64,000 nucleotides of DNA from Mycobacterium sp. Lineage in GTDB: Bacteria > Actinomycetota > Actinomycetes > Mycobacteriales > Mycobacteriaceae. The translations under genes and the position numbers were made by a program. The number at the start of each line of letters is the position of its first letter. The first letter of the stretch is position 1. The notes under the pieces are model-generated. The model searched no databases. It saw nothing but the letters and a program-made list of their open reading frames with translations, and was not told the origin of the DNA. Below, piece after piece: positions 41,194 through 51,308 of this stretch. The stretch covers positions 14,961 through 78,960 of the forward strand of contig DATARY010000104.1 of assembly GCA_036263935.1 (NCBI GenBank), written 5' to 3'.

Positions 41194-43083
41194 TCAGCCG
41201 CGGGCCTTGGCGCGGGCCTTCGCGCGCGCCCGCCGGGTGGCGTCCAGCTCGACCTTGCGGACCCGCACGATCTCCGGGGTCACCTCGACGCACTCGTCGG
41301 GGGCGCAGAACTCCATCGCCTGTTCGAGGTCGAGCTCGAGTGGTTTGGCCAGGGTCTCGATGACGTCCGCGGTCGACGAGCGCATGTTGGTCAGCTTCTT
41401 CTCGCGGGTGACGTTGATGTCGAGGTCCTCCGCGCGAGGGTTGATGCCCACGACCTGACCCTGATAGGTGGCCTCGCCGGGTTCGACGAAGAACTGCCCG
41501 CGGTCCGCGAGCTGGATCAGCGCGAACGGTGTGATGGTTCCGGACCGGTCCGACACCAGCGATCCGGTGTGGCGGGGGCGGATCTCGCCGGCCCACGGTC
41601 GGTAGCCGTCGAACACCGCGTTGGCGATGCCGGTGCCGCGGGTGTCGGTGAGGAAGTCGGTGCGGAAGCCGATGAGGCCGCGGCTGGGTACCACGAAGTC
41701 CATCCGGACCCAGCCGGCCGCGTGGTTGGCCATTTCCTCCATGCGGCCCTTGCTGGCGGCCATCAGCTGGGTGATGGCGCCGACAAACTCGTCGGGACAG
41801 TCGATGGTCAGCGCCTCGAAGGGTTCGTGTAGCCGGCCGTCGACGGTCTTGGTCACCACTTGCGGCTTTCCGACGGTCAGCTCGAAGCCTTCGCGCCGCA
41901 TCGTTTCCACGAGGACAGCGAGCGCGAGTTCGCCGCGGCCCTGCACCTCCCAGGCGTCGGGCCTGCCGATGTCGACCACCCGGATCGACACGTTGCCGAC
42001 CAGTTCGGTGTCCAACCGGCTGCGGACCATGCGGGCGGTGAGCTTGTGTCCGGAGACCTTGCCCGCGAGCGGCGAGGTGTTGGTGCCGATGGTCACCGAT
42101 ATGGCGGGCTCGTCGACGGTGATGCGTGGCAGCGCATGCGCATGTTCGGGGTCGGCCAGTGTGTCGCCGATCATGATGTCGGGCAGTCCGGCGACCGCGA
42201 CGATGTCACCGGCGATCGCCTCATCGGTCGGGCTGCGTTCGACGCCTTCGGTGGCCAGCAGCTCGGTGATCTTTGCATTGGTGATCACCGGCGCACCGTC
42301 GACCTGACGCATCCACGCGACTTGCTGGCCCTTGCGCAGCCGCCCGTAATAGATGCGGATCAGCGCGAGCCGGCCGAGGAACGCCGAGGCGTCGAGGTTA
42401 GTGACCAGCGCCTGAAGCGGCGCTTCGGGGTCGCCTGTCGGTGGCGGAATGTGCTCGAGCAGAACGTCGAACAGCGGGTCGAGGCTGTCGCCGTCGGGGA
42501 TCCGTCCATCCTGCGGCTGGGTGGTGCTGGCAACGCCTGCCCGGCCGGAGGCGTACAACGTGGGCAGGCCAAGGGCTTTCTCCGCGGCCTGCTGCGCTTC
42601 GTCGTCGAGGTCGGAGGCGACGTCAAGCAACAGATCATGACTGGCGTCGACTACCTCGCTGATGCGGGCGTCGGGGCGGTCGGTCTTGTTGACCACAAGT
42701 ATGACGGGCAAGTGCGCGGCCAGCGCTTTACGCAGCACGAACCGAGTCTGGGGCAGCGGCCCCTCGGACGCGTCGACCAGCAGCAGCACTCCGTCGACCA
42801 TGGACAGCCCGCGCTCGACCTCGCCGCCGAAATCGGCGTGACCCGGGGTGTCGATGACGTTGATGACGGTGATGCTGCCGTCGGAGTGGTGGCGGTGCAC
42901 GGCGGTGTTCTTGGCGAGGATCGTGATGCCCTTTTCGCGCTCCAGGTCGCCGGAGTCCATGATCCGCTCGGTGGTGTCGTCGCCTCGATGGGTCAGCGCG
43001 CCCGACTGTCGCAGCATCGCGTCGACGAGGGTCGTCTTCCCATGGTCGACGTGTGCCACGATGGCGACGTTCCGGAAATCCAC
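41194..43083 (-). CDS. typA: Translational GTPase TypA/BipA
   Basis: [36 protein letters not shown]. Confidence 0.97.
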   Translation of the reverse strand: MDFRNVAIVAHVDHGKTTLVDAMLRQSGALTHRGDDTTERIMDSGDLEREKGITILAKNTAVHRHHSDGSITVINVIDTPGHADFGGEVERGLSMVDGVLLLVDASEGPLPQTRFVLRKALAAHLPVILVVNKTDRPDARISEVVDASHDLLLDVASDLDDEAQQAAEKALGLPTLYASGRAGVASTTQPQDGRIPDGDSLDPLFDVLLEHIPPPTGDPEAPLQALVTNLDASAFLGRLALIRIYYGRLRKGQQVAWMRQVDGAPVITNAKITELLATEGVERSPTDEAIAGDIVAVAGLPDIMIGDTLADPEHAHALPRITVDEPAISVTIGTNTSPLAGKVSGHKLTARMVRSRLDTELVGNVSIRVVDIGRPDAWEVQGRGELALAVLVETMRREGFELTVGKPQVVTKTVDGRLHEPFEALTIDCPDEFVGAITQLMAASKGRMEEMANHAAGWVRMDFVVPSRGLIGFRTDFLTDTRGTGIANAVFDGYRPWAGEIRPRHTGSLVSDRSGTITPFALIQLADRGQFFVEPGEATYQGQVVGINPRAEDLDINVTREKKLTNMRSSTADVIETLAKPLELDLEQAMEFCAPDECVEVTPEIVRVRKVELDATRRARAKARAKARG

Positions 43084-43281
43084 GCTGGTGATTGTCGCAG
43101 TGCGGTCGGCCGATCACGAAAACGAGAGACGCCGGTCACTTGAGACCCAGCCGAGTCTTGAGCTTGTGCGCGACGGTCGCTGAGATCTCGCACATACATT
43201 CAGCCTCGACCAGTCAGGCCGCTCTCATGGTTCGCGCGCACGGTCGCAGTGGTCCCTCGGAAGTGGTTGGGATTGACTTTC

Positions 43282-43479
43282 ATGACTGTCGAACAGGTTT
43301 TCACCATCGGTGTCATCGCCGCATTGGCGACCGCGGCGATCTACCACGGACCGCACAATTGGATGGGCGCCTTCTACCTGGTCCGGTGTGCGGCGTGCCA
43401 CCATCTGACGTTTCTTCGTCGTATCGGTCACAGGAGTCCTGCCCACTGCAGGCACCCGATCGACCGATTGCATTACTGA
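43282..43479 (+). CDS. Putative small membrane protein with CxxC / CxH
   Basis: 65-aa ORF, N-terminal hydrophobic segment, CAACHH...HCRH; no clear RBS. Confidence 0.35.
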   Translation: MTVEQVFTIGVIAALATAAIYHGPHNWMGAFYLVRCAACHHLTFLRRIGHRSPAHCRHPIDRLHY

Positions 43480-43674
43480 GCGGCCGCAGACCAGCCGTCA
43501 CTGACTCGCACCGCAGCCCCCCGTTCGGCTGGCGGGTCGACCGTCAAGACGTAGTCCTTTTCTGTTGCATCGAAATCGGCTGGCTCCGTGGACGATCCGT
43601 GCGCCGCCTCCGGCGACAACCCTGGATGCAATCCACAGCCGCACCGCAACCGATGCGCCCGTTGATATTGAGCC

Positions 43675-43932
43675 TTAAAAACCTGTGCCGATACCGATGA
43701 ACAATCGCGGTCTGACCGTCACGTAATAGCCGGGACCGTCCGGTGGGCCGTTAGGATTGCCCACGCAGGTATCGGTTTCAACGCCAGACTCTTTGCTGCT
43801 GTGGCAGACAGCGTAGGGGTTCGTCGAGTCCGCCGCAGCGCTGGCCTCGTTGGCTAGAACGAACATAGCTGCAGCGGCCGTCGCGACAAGCACACCGTTT
43901 CGCACTGGTTTCGACACGGAGATCGCACCCAT
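43675..43932 (-). CDS. Small secreted protein (85 aa), two Cys
   Basis: GAGGGAAG upstream; signal-like VLVATAAAAMFVLANEASA. Confidence 0.6.
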   Translation of the reverse strand: MGAISVSKPVRNGVLVATAAAAMFVLANEASAAADSTNPYAVCHSSKESGVETDTCVGNPNGPPDGPGYYVTVRPRLFIGIGTGF

Positions 43933-44003
43933 AGCGCGTCTCGCTTCCCTCAATCCGTTCTCAATTCGAAGGTACACCCGACGGCCAAGGGCTTGCGGGT
44001 GAG

Positions 44004-44393
44004 CTAACCGGCGAGTGCTTGTCTGAGTTCGGCCAGCCAGGTGCGGTCGGCGGGCACCCACGCCAACCCGTCCAGCTCGCCAACGCTGATCCATCGCAGC
44101 GCCCGATGGTCGTTCGGGTGAAGCGCCCCACCTGTCTGCGTAACGCGGTAGGCACGAAGTGCGGCGGCCTCGCTCAGCGCGACGTCAGCGCCGATGCGGG
44201 AACCGACCACCACCTCGACGCCGAGTTCCTCACGCAACTCGCGGGCCAGCGCGGCCGCGTCGCTCTCCCCCGCCGCCACCTTTCCGCCCGGCAACTCCCA
44301 CAGACCGGCCAGTTCGGGTGGTCGCGTGCGCTGCGCCACCAGCAGGGACGAACCCGAGATGAGTGCACCCGCAACGACGATCTGGTTGGGCAT
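44004..44393 (-). CDS. mutT2: MutT2 NUDIX (d)NTP pyrophosphohydrolase
   Basis: [27 protein letters not shown]. Confidence 0.92.
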   Translation of the reverse strand: MPNQIVVAGALISGSSLLVAQRTRPPELAGLWELPGGKVAAGESDAAALARELREELGVEVVVGSRIGADVALSEAAALRAYRVTQTGGALHPNDHRALRWISVGELDGLAWVPADRTWLAELRQALAG

Positions 44394-44416
44394 CGCCCGC
44401 GACGGTATACCGCGGC

Positions 44417-44914
44417 CTATCCGCTCGGGAACAGATGGGGAAACAAGTCGTGCAGCCGTGGGTGTCGTGGCGTCGGCGGCGGGGCGGGCGTCATCGTCTC
44501 GGCGGTCAGCCGGGAAGGCGACATCGCGTCAACCGGCGGCGCGGGGTTGACAGCAGCGGGTGCCTGCGGAGTGGTGGTCGCCGGAAGCGGAATCGGTCCG
44601 GCGGCCACGGTCGGGCTGGGCGTTGGCGCAGCCGTCGCCGTCGGCGGCGACGGATTCACTTGCACGAGCGGATGTTTCGAATCATTGGAGACAACGACGA
44701 CCGACACCGCAAGGACAATGAGGACCACGACCAGCAGACCACCCCCGATCGCCACCTGTGCGGAAAAGCGGCGATGTGCGGCGGCCGGCTCTACACCCAT
44801 GGACTCCAGAGCACGAGCCGCGACCCGCACGTCGGTCCCCGTCGGCGCGGCGCAGTGCGACGTCGTTCTTTCTTCGATGGAACCAACCCCGGCGGGACCT
44901 CGCACATCCACCAT
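44417..44914 (-). CDS. Hypothetical single-pass membrane protein with Pro/Thr-rich tail
   Basis: [22 protein letters not shown]; ends [11 protein letters not shown]; start uncertain. Confidence 0.55.
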   Translation of the reverse strand: MVDVRGPAGVGSIEERTTSHCAAPTGTDVRVAARALESMGVEPAAAHRRFSAQVAIGGGLLVVVLIVLAVSVVVVSNDSKHPLVQVNPSPPTATAAPTPSPTVAAGPIPLPATTTPQAPAAVNPAPPVDAMSPSRLTAETMTPAPPPTPRHPRLHDLFPHLFPSG

Positions 44915-44975
44915 CGTGCGGGAGAACTCTGTCAGGCGCCTGTTGGGCGACCAAAGCCAGCGGTACGTTTGGGAG

Positions 44976-45260
44976 ATGGCTGTGTTAACGGACGAACAAG
45001 TAGACGCCGCACTGCCCGACCTTCCCGGCTGGGAGCGCGCCGACGGCGCCCTGCGCCGATCGATCAAGTTCCCCGCCTTCCTCGACGGAATCGACGCGGT
45101 GCGCCGGGTGGCCGAACGAGCGGAGGAGAAGGACCATCATCCCGACATCGACATCCGCTGGCGGACAGTGACTTTCGCGTTGGTAACCCATTCCGCGGGC
45201 GGCATCACCGAGAACGATCTGATGATGGCTCGAGAGATAAACGGGATCGTCGGCCAGTAG
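44976..45260 (+). CDS. phhB: Pterin-4-alpha-carbinolamine dehydratase
   Basis: [18 protein letters not shown]; TACGTT-6nt-ATG. Confidence 0.93.
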   Translation: MAVLTDEQVDAALPDLPGWERADGALRRSIKFPAFLDGIDAVRRVAERAEEKDHHPDIDIRWRTVTFALVTHSAGGITENDLMMAREINGIVGQ

Positions 45261-46458
45261 AGGCGATCCACGCCAGGGTCGCAAGCGTTTCGACGATGTA
45301 GATCAAGCCGGCCCATGCCAGGTACCACGGCCGGCTGATCTCCCAGATCGTCGGCTGCGCGAAGCTCAGCAGCCACGGCACCCCGACCAGGGTCAGGACC
45401 AGCCACCCCCAGCCGAGGATGCGCGCACCCAGCCGTTCCCGAAGCGGGCCGTGCAGCAGCCAGATCATCAGCGGGATCAGCCACACCCAATGGTGGGTCC
45501 AGGAGATCGGCGACAGCAGCAGCCCGAACAGCTGGACGATGACGATGGCGCCGAGCCGGTCGGCGGCGCCGCCGACGGCGCGCCACGCCAGTAGCGCCAG
45601 CACGGCGGTGGCCGCGATCCCGGCGATGACGAGCGGCCCGTAACCCGCATCGTGCCCGAGAATCCGCGAGATCCCGCCGCGCCACGACTGATTGAACGAC
45701 GTTCCGATCGGCCCGACCCGCCGGGCGTCGCCGAGCAGTTTCGTGAAGTAGTAACGGGTTTGGTCGCCGACGACCAGCGCCGAAACCGCGACCGTGGCGA
45801 GGAACACCACCGCCGAGAACACCACTGCACCCCATCGCCGCGCGCCGAGGAAGTACAGCCCGGAGACCGCCGGCGTGAGTTTTACACCCGCGGCAAGCCC
45901 CACCAGCAGGCCCGACAGCCACCATCGCGTGCTGTACACCGCGTAGATCACGGCCAGCGCAAGAAGCACGTTGACCTGTCCGTAGTCGAAGGTGCTGCGC
46001 ACGGGCTCGATCCAGATGCCGACGGCGCTCCACAGCAGGGCGATGCGGCGGTCGCCGTCCATCGGCAGGAGACGTTGACTGATCCGCACGACGCCGTAGA
46101 GCGCCGCCACGATGCCCAACTGCCACACGAGCGAGAGGAATCCGAACGGCAGAAAGTGCAGCGGATAGAACATGATCGCTGCGAAGGGCGGATAGGTGAA
46201 CGGCAGCGGGAAGTCCGGCGTTTGATCGGCGTAGACGTAGTCGTACAGCGAGCCAGGATGATCCAGCATCTCGGCGCCGCCGACATACACGTGCAGGTCG
46301 ACGAAGTTCGCGCCGTGGGGCACAAGGTAGGTCAATGTGAGCCGCGCGGCGACGCTGATCGCGAGAAGCATCGGGGCGGCGGCGGCCAGCCGGGCGGGTA
46401 TGCGCGGATCAGCCGCAGCGGTGGTGGCATCGATGCGCTCGACTCTATCGACGGTCAC
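45205..46458 (-). CDS. pimE: Alpha-1,2-mannosyltransferase PimE (GT87)
   Basis: [35 protein letters not shown]. Confidence 0.92.
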   Translation of the reverse strand: MTVDRVERIDATTAAADPRIPARLAAAAPMLLAISVAARLTLTYLVPHGANFVDLHVYVGGAEMLDHPGSLYDYVYADQTPDFPLPFTYPPFAAIMFYPLHFLPFGFLSLVWQLGIVAALYGVVRISQRLLPMDGDRRIALLWSAVGIWIEPVRSTFDYGQVNVLLALAVIYAVYSTRWWLSGLLVGLAAGVKLTPAVSGLYFLGARRWGAVVFSAVVFLATVAVSALVVGDQTRYYFTKLLGDARRVGPIGTSFNQSWRGGISRILGHDAGYGPLVIAGIAATAVLALLAWRAVGGAADRLGAIVIVQLFGLLLSPISWTHHWVWLIPLMIWLLHGPLRERLGARILGWGWLVLTLVGVPWLLSFAQPTIWEISRPWYLAWAGLIYIVETLATLAWIASTGRRSRLSLEPSSDRSR

Positions 46459-46500
46459 TGCAAACCGTCGTATCCGTAACGGTTGAATAACCGCCACACG

Positions 46501-46516
46501 CGTCACTTGAGTAACA
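46501..46516. promoter_or_regulatory. CRP-like site between pimE and Rv1158c-like gene
   Basis: CGTCA-N6-TAACA versus TGTGA-N6-TCACA. Confidence 0.4.
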
Positions 46517-46570
46517 CCAGTAACTAGGTAGCTTCGTCCGCAGGCGTGCCGTCAACGGATTGGGAGAACC

Positions 46571-47116
46571 ATGTTATTCACCAGGAAAATGCTTGCCACC
46601 AGCATGATCGCTGCCGCGACAGCGGCCGGAGGTGCGATTGCGCTCAGCACGACGGCCGCGGCCGAGCCGGCGGCTCCGCCGCCCGTCCCGAGCGTCCCGG
46701 GTCTGCCGTTCCTCCAGCAGCTCGCCGCCAATCCGGCAGCAGCGACACAGCTCATGCAGAGCTTCACGTCGCTGCTGGGCGGGGCTCAGGCAGCCGCGCC
46801 GGCCGCGCCGGCTACACCCGCGCCGGCCGCGACCGCGTCGCTCACCCTGCCGCAAGCCCCTGCACTGCCTGCCGCCGCCCCTGCGGCGACGCCGGCGGCA
46901 GCAGCCGCACCCGCGGCCGGACTGCAGAGCTTGATCCCGATGAACTTCCCCGGCGACCTCGCCGCGCTGATGCCGTCGGGTCTCGGGCTGCCTGGGGCCA
47001 AACCCGCTGCAGCACCTGCGGCCCCGGCCGCTGCAGCACCTGCGGCCCCGGCCGCGGCAGCTCCGGCCGCTGCGGCACCCTTACCGCTGCTCATGCCGCT
47101 CTCCGCGCTGCCCTAA
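46571..47116 (+). CDS. Secreted Ala/Pro-rich protein (Rv1158c-like)
   Basis: GGGAG RBS, signal peptide, PGLPFLQQLA, ends LSALP. Confidence 0.85.
   Translation: MLFTRKMLATSMIAAATAAGGAIALSTTAAAEPAAPPPVPSVPGLPFLQQLAANPAAATQLMQSFTSLLGGAQAAAPAAPATPAPAATASLTLPQAPALPAAAPAATPAAAAAPAAGLQSLIPMNFPGDLAALMPSGLGLPGAKPAAAPAAPAAAAPAAPAAAAPAAAAPLPLLMPLSALP
47004..47055 (+). repeat. 24-bp exact tandem repeat x2
   Basis: CCGCTGCAGCACCTGCGGCCCCGG at 47004 and 47028. Confidence 0.9.
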
Positions 47117-47167
47117 GCGCCCGCGGCAGTCGACCTCCACAACTACAACCAGGCATTTGGGGGACTC

Positions 47168-48091
47168 ATGTCATCGACCAGGACGATGATCGCTTCTGCA
47201 GTTGCGATCGGCTCATCGGCCGCATTGCTGCTGGGCGGCATGACCGGTGTGGCCCACGCTGACCCGGCGCCGCCGCCGCCCATCGACGGGCGGCAGGCTC
47301 CGGGGCTGTCGGCGGTGCAGACGCTGGGTCCGGCCATTGAGCAGGCGGCCACCGATCCAACGAACGCCGCTTCGAGCCTGATGGCCGCGGCCGCCGCGTT
47401 CGCCGGAAACTCCGCGACGTCCGCCGACTCGAGGAATGTGGCGACGACGGTCAACCAGTTCGTCGCACACGTGCCTGCTCCGGGCGCGGTGCCCGGCGCG
47501 GAGGCACACCTGCCGCTGGGCGTCGATCCGGCGCACGCGGTTGGCCCCGTGCCCGACGCGGCACCGGTGGCGGCGCCAGCCCCAGTAGCGGCGCAGGCCC
47601 CACAGGCGGCACCTGCACCTGCGCCCGAGGCGGCGCCTGCTCCCGCGCCCGCTCCGGCACCGGCCGCGGCCTTCGGACCGGACGCCCCGCCGACGCAGGA
47701 CTTCATCTACCCGTCAATCAGCAACGGGTGTCTGAAGGACGGCGGCAACGTGTTGGCGACCGCGATCTCGGTGGCCGGACCCGCCAAGATCCCGACGCCC
47801 GGACCGGGACCGGGCCAGACCGCTTACGTGTTCACGGCAGTCGGCACGCCGGGTCCGGCGGCCCAGCAGCGACTACCGCTGAACGTCACGTGGGTCAACC
47901 TGAGCACAGGCAACTCGGGCAGCGCGACGCTCAAGCCGCGGCCGGACATCAATCCGGATGGTCCGACCACGCTGACGGCGATCGTCGACACCGGTTCGGG
48001 CAGCATCATCTCGACCATCTTCGGTCAGGTCACCACGACCGAGAAGCAGTGCCAGTTCATGCCCACCATCGGGTCGACGGTGGTGCCCTGA
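47168..48091 (+). CDS. Secreted Ala/Pro-rich protein (Rv1157c-like)
   Basis: Signal AHA-DP; DFIYPSISNGC, YVFTAVGT, CQFMPTIG. Confidence 0.88.
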   Translation: MSSTRTMIASAVAIGSSAALLLGGMTGVAHADPAPPPPIDGRQAPGLSAVQTLGPAIEQAATDPTNAASSLMAAAAAFAGNSATSADSRNVATTVNQFVAHVPAPGAVPGAEAHLPLGVDPAHAVGPVPDAAPVAAPAPVAAQAPQAAPAPAPEAAPAPAPAPAPAAAFGPDAPPTQDFIYPSISNGCLKDGGNVLATAISVAGPAKIPTPGPGPGQTAYVFTAVGTPGPAAQQRLPLNVTWVNLSTGNSGSATLKPRPDINPDGPTTLTAIVDTGSGSIISTIFGQVTTTEKQCQFMPTIGSTVVP

Positions 48092-48107
48092 CCTAACTGC
48101 GCGACGC

Positions 48108-48254
48108 TCAGTAGGCCATGAAGAGGATGGCGTCCCGGTCGTACTCGCGGCCGGGATGTGCCTCTGCGAGGTGATCCTGCGCCTTTTCGACCAGGTCGTC
48201 CTCGTCCTTGCCGGTGATCGCCTCACCGCAGGGGCAATTCAGGTGTGTCTTCAT
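48108..48254 (-). CDS. DUF1059-like small metal-binding protein (48 aa; not in ORF track)
   Basis: MKTHLNCPCGEAITGKDEDDLVEKAQDHLAEAHPGREYDRDAILFMAY. Confidence 0.85.
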   Translation of the reverse strand: MKTHLNCPCGEAITGKDEDDLVEKAQDHLAEAHPGREYDRDAILFMAY

Positions 48255-48286
48255 GCCTTCACGATCCCACAGTCAAGATGTAGGGC

Positions 48287-48961
48287 ATGGAGCTATACGA
48301 CGTCATGCGCACCACAGGTGCGATCCGCCGATTCACCGATGACCCGCTGCCCGACGAGGTGCTCGAACACATCCTCGACAACGCCCGGTTCGCGCCGAGC
48401 GGCGGCAACCGCCAGGGGGTGCACGTGATCGTTGTCCGAGATCGAGAGACCCGCGAGGCGATCGTCGAGCTGAGCGTCGCGGGTGCGCGGCGCTACATCG
48501 CGCAAACCAAGAATGGCGAAGGACCGTGGAATCCCGTGCGGCCCATGCAGGTCTCCGCCGAAGAGGTGGCCGCCACCGAAGTACCTCCGTACCTTGGTGC
48601 GCCCGTGCTGGGTGCCGGAGCCGTGCTGGTGGTCTGTGTGGACCTCAACGTCGTTGCGGCGTTCGACCAGTATCTCGACCGCATCGGCGTCATCCCGGGT
48701 GCCTCGGTGTACCCGTTCGTCTGGAACATCCTGCTGGCAGCGCGCAACGAGGGCTACGGCGGTGTGTTGACGACGATGGCGGTGGCCGAGGAACCTCGCG
48801 TCAAAGAGCTGCTCGGCATACCGGATGACTACGCGATCGCCGCCGTCCTGCCGATTGGCAAGCCGGTAAAGCAGGTCAGCAAGCTGACGCGCAAACCGGT
48901 GGCCGAACTCGCCACCCTGGAGCGATTCGACGGGCAGCCGCTGGGTTTGTCGGTGTCATAG
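48287..48961 (+). CDS. Nitroreductase family protein
   Basis: IRRFTDDP, FAPSGGNRQG, NILLAARNEGYG. Confidence 0.92.
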   Translation: MELYDVMRTTGAIRRFTDDPLPDEVLEHILDNARFAPSGGNRQGVHVIVVRDRETREAIVELSVAGARRYIAQTKNGEGPWNPVRPMQVSAEEVAATEVPPYLGAPVLGAGAVLVVCVDLNVVAAFDQYLDRIGVIPGASVYPFVWNILLAARNEGYGGVLTTMAVAEEPRVKELLGIPDDYAIAAVLPIGKPVKQVSKLTRKPVAELATLERFDGQPLGLSVS

Positions 48962-49028
48962 GCCGTGGCCCAGTTCACCCGGGCGTGTCTCGTCCGCAGA
49001 TGGCCGGCCACATGAGACCTTTGGGTTC

Positions 49029-49415
49029 GTGACCTGCATGCTGGGCTACGCCACAGCCAGCCCCCTCGGGCAGAACCTCGAGGGCCAGCTCGCGGCGCTG
49101 ACCGCCGCCGGGGTCGATCCGAGGAAGGTGTTCACCGACCGGTTGTCCGACTCGGCCGACCGGGTACGAGCGGGTCTGCACGCCATGCTGAGTTACGCGC
49201 GCTCGGGCGACACCGTTGTCGTGGTCGCGCTCGACCGCCTCGGCAGGTCGGTGGCCGAGGTGACGCGGACCGTCGCGGAACTCAATGAACGCGGGATCAC
49301 GCTGCGCGCGCTGAAAGAAAACCTGGACACCGGCACATCAACGGGACGAATCGTCGCCGGAATCATCACCACCCTGGCCGAGCTCGACCTCGAGCCAGGC
49401 CACCAGCGAGGTTAG
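49029..49415 (+). CDS. Serine recombinase catalytic-domain-only protein
   Basis: LGYATAS, Q, VFTD, GDTVVVVALDRLGRS, LDTGTSTGR; no HTH. Confidence 0.8.
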   Translation: MTCMLGYATASPLGQNLEGQLAALTAAGVDPRKVFTDRLSDSADRVRAGLHAMLSYARSGDTVVVVALDRLGRSVAEVTRTVAELNERGITLRALKENLDTGTSTGRIVAGIITTLAELDLEPGHQRG

Positions 49416-49990
49416 CCCTTGGCGGCCTTCGCTGCCGCCTTCATCTGCTTCTTGGTCGACCGCACCTTCTCCAGCGACCCGGCGTCCTTCACGTCGGCCA
49501 CCGACAGGTGTGTACCGGCCTTGCCGTAGTCACCCGCGGCTTCGCGCCAGCCCTTCGGCGTAACGCCGTACTGCTTGCCGAGCAGCGCAAGGAAGATCTT
49601 CGCCTTCTGCTCGCCGAAACCAGGCAAACCCTTCAACCGCTGCAACACCTCGGGCCCGTCGGGGTCACCGGCGGTCCATAGTGCCGCCGCGTCACCGTTG
49701 TAGCGGTCGACAATGATCTGCGCCAGCGTCTGGATTCGCTTGGCCATCGACCCAGGAAACCGGTGCACCGCAGGGCGTTCCGCACACAACGCGGCGAACT
49801 TATCGGGGTCGTAGTCGGCGATCTCGCTAGCGTGCAGGCCGCCCATGCGGTCGGCGATCTTCTTCGGCCCGCCGAACGCGACCTCCATCGGAATCTGCTG
49901 ATCTAGCAACATACCCAGTAGCAGCGCAAGAGGATTCGATTCCAGTAGCGCGTCGGCCGCCGGATCTTGGACTAACTGCAGTTTCGCCAC
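49412..49990 (-). CDS. HhH-GPD base-excision repair family protein (Rv1156-like)
   Basis: LLGMLLDQQ, HRFPGSMA, LPGFGEQKA. Confidence 0.92.
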   Translation of the reverse strand: MAKLQLVQDPAADALLESNPLALLLGMLLDQQIPMEVAFGGPKKIADRMGGLHASEIADYDPDKFAALCAERPAVHRFPGSMAKRIQTLAQIIVDRYNGDAAALWTAGDPDGPEVLQRLKGLPGFGEQKAKIFLALLGKQYGVTPKGWREAAGDYGKAGTHLSVADVKDAGSLEKVRSTKKQMKAAAKAAKG

Positions 49991-50042
49991 GCGGTCAGTC
50001 TAGGCGGGGATTGTGCAGACGATGTCTGGCGTTTAGCCCCAC

Positions 50043-51308
50043 GTGCCCCACGCTCAGCGAGAACTCGTCCAGGAACAGCCGGTACCGTCGGACGTCGTGC
50101 CCAGTCGCCAACATCGCTTCGCGTTCGCGCTGCTGGCCTACGCCTTCGCCGCGATTATGGTCGGTACCACGCTGCCCACACCGATGTATGCGCTCTACGG
50201 CGAGCACATGCACTTCGACGTGCTGACGACGACCGTGATCTACGCGACATACGCCGGCGGCGTGCTGTTCGCGCTGCTGGCCTTCGGACGCTGGTCCGAC
50301 GCCATCGGCCGACGCCCGGTGCTGCTGGCCGGCGTGGCGTTTGCGCTGGCGAGCGCGGTGGTCTTCCTGGTCGCCCACTCGGTGCCGATGCTGCTTGTCG
50401 GCCGGGTGCTGTCCGGGCTGTCGGCCGGCATCTTCACCGGAACCGCCACCGCCGCGGTCATCGAGGCCGCCCCGCCGAGCTGGCGCACCCGTGCCGCCGC
50501 GGTCGCGACGGTTGCGAACATCGGCGGGCTCGGCACCGGGCCGCTGCTGGCCGGGCTGTTGGTCCAGTACGCGCCGGCGCCGCTGCACTTGAGCTTCATC
50601 GTGCATATCGCGCTCACCGTGCTGGCCGGCATCGCCGTGTTCGTCGTGCCTGAAACCTCACAACGCACCGGCACCATTGGCGTACAGCGCTTGTCGATCC
50701 CGGTCGAGGTACGCGCCGTGTTCGTCATCGCCTCGCTCGCGGCATTCGCCGGCTTCGCGGTGACCGGCCTCTTCACCGCCGTCGCGCCGTCGTTCCTCTC
50801 CCACGTCGTCGGCATCGACAACCACGCCGTCGCCGGGCTCATCGCCTGCTCGATCTTCGCTGCCTCGGCGGTCGCGCAGATCGCCGCAAACAACCTCAAC
50901 CCGCAGCGGGCCGTCGCGATCGGTTGCGCGATTCTCGTGGCAGGCATGGTGATTCTGGCCGTGGCGCTGCAGCGTTCATCGCTGGTTGGACTCATCGCGG
51001 CCGCGGTGGTGTCGGGCATCGGACAGGGCATCAGCTTCAGCCGCGGCCTGGCCGCGGTCGCCGAGCGCACGCCCGCCGATCGTCGCGCCGAGGTCAACTC
51101 GACCTACTTCGTCGTCGCCTATGTGGCGATCTCGTTGCCGGTGGTCGGCGAGGGGCTGGCGGCCCAACGGTGGGGATTGCAAACGGCCGGTGTGACTTTC
51201 GCGATCGCCGTCGCGATCCTGTCGACGATTTGCCTGGTCGCGATTCTGATGCAGGAAGCGCGCGAGTCCCGCCGCACAGATGCGGCGGCTACGACAAGAA
51301 TCGGCTGA
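50043..51308 (+). CDS. MFS transporter
   Basis: TLPTPMY, GRWSDAIGRRP motif A, about 12 TMs. Confidence 0.9.
   Translation: MPHAQRELVQEQPVPSDVVPSRQHRFAFALLAYAFAAIMVGTTLPTPMYALYGEHMHFDVLTTTVIYATYAGGVLFALLAFGRWSDAIGRRPVLLAGVAFALASAVVFLVAHSVPMLLVGRVLSGLSAGIFTGTATAAVIEAAPPSWRTRAAAVATVANIGGLGTGPLLAGLLVQYAPAPLHLSFIVHIALTVLAGIAVFVVPETSQRTGTIGVQRLSIPVEVRAVFVIASLAAFAGFAVTGLFTAVAPSFLSHVVGIDNHAVAGLIACSIFAASAVAQIAANNLNPQRAVAIGCAILVAGMVILAVALQRSSLVGLIAAAVVSGIGQGISFSRGLAAVAERTPADRRAEVNSTYFVVAYVAISLPVVGEGLAAQRWGLQTAGVTFAIAVAILSTICLVAILMQEARESRRTDAAATTRIG

Noticed and set aside
45205-45260. 56-nt convergent overlap of pimE and phhB
   Set aside because: Present in the sequence, but short 3' overlaps are common here and nothing suggests a special function
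48960-49430. Transposon or integrative element around the resolvase-like gene
   Set aside because: No transposase, terminal inverted repeats, target duplication or cargo visible
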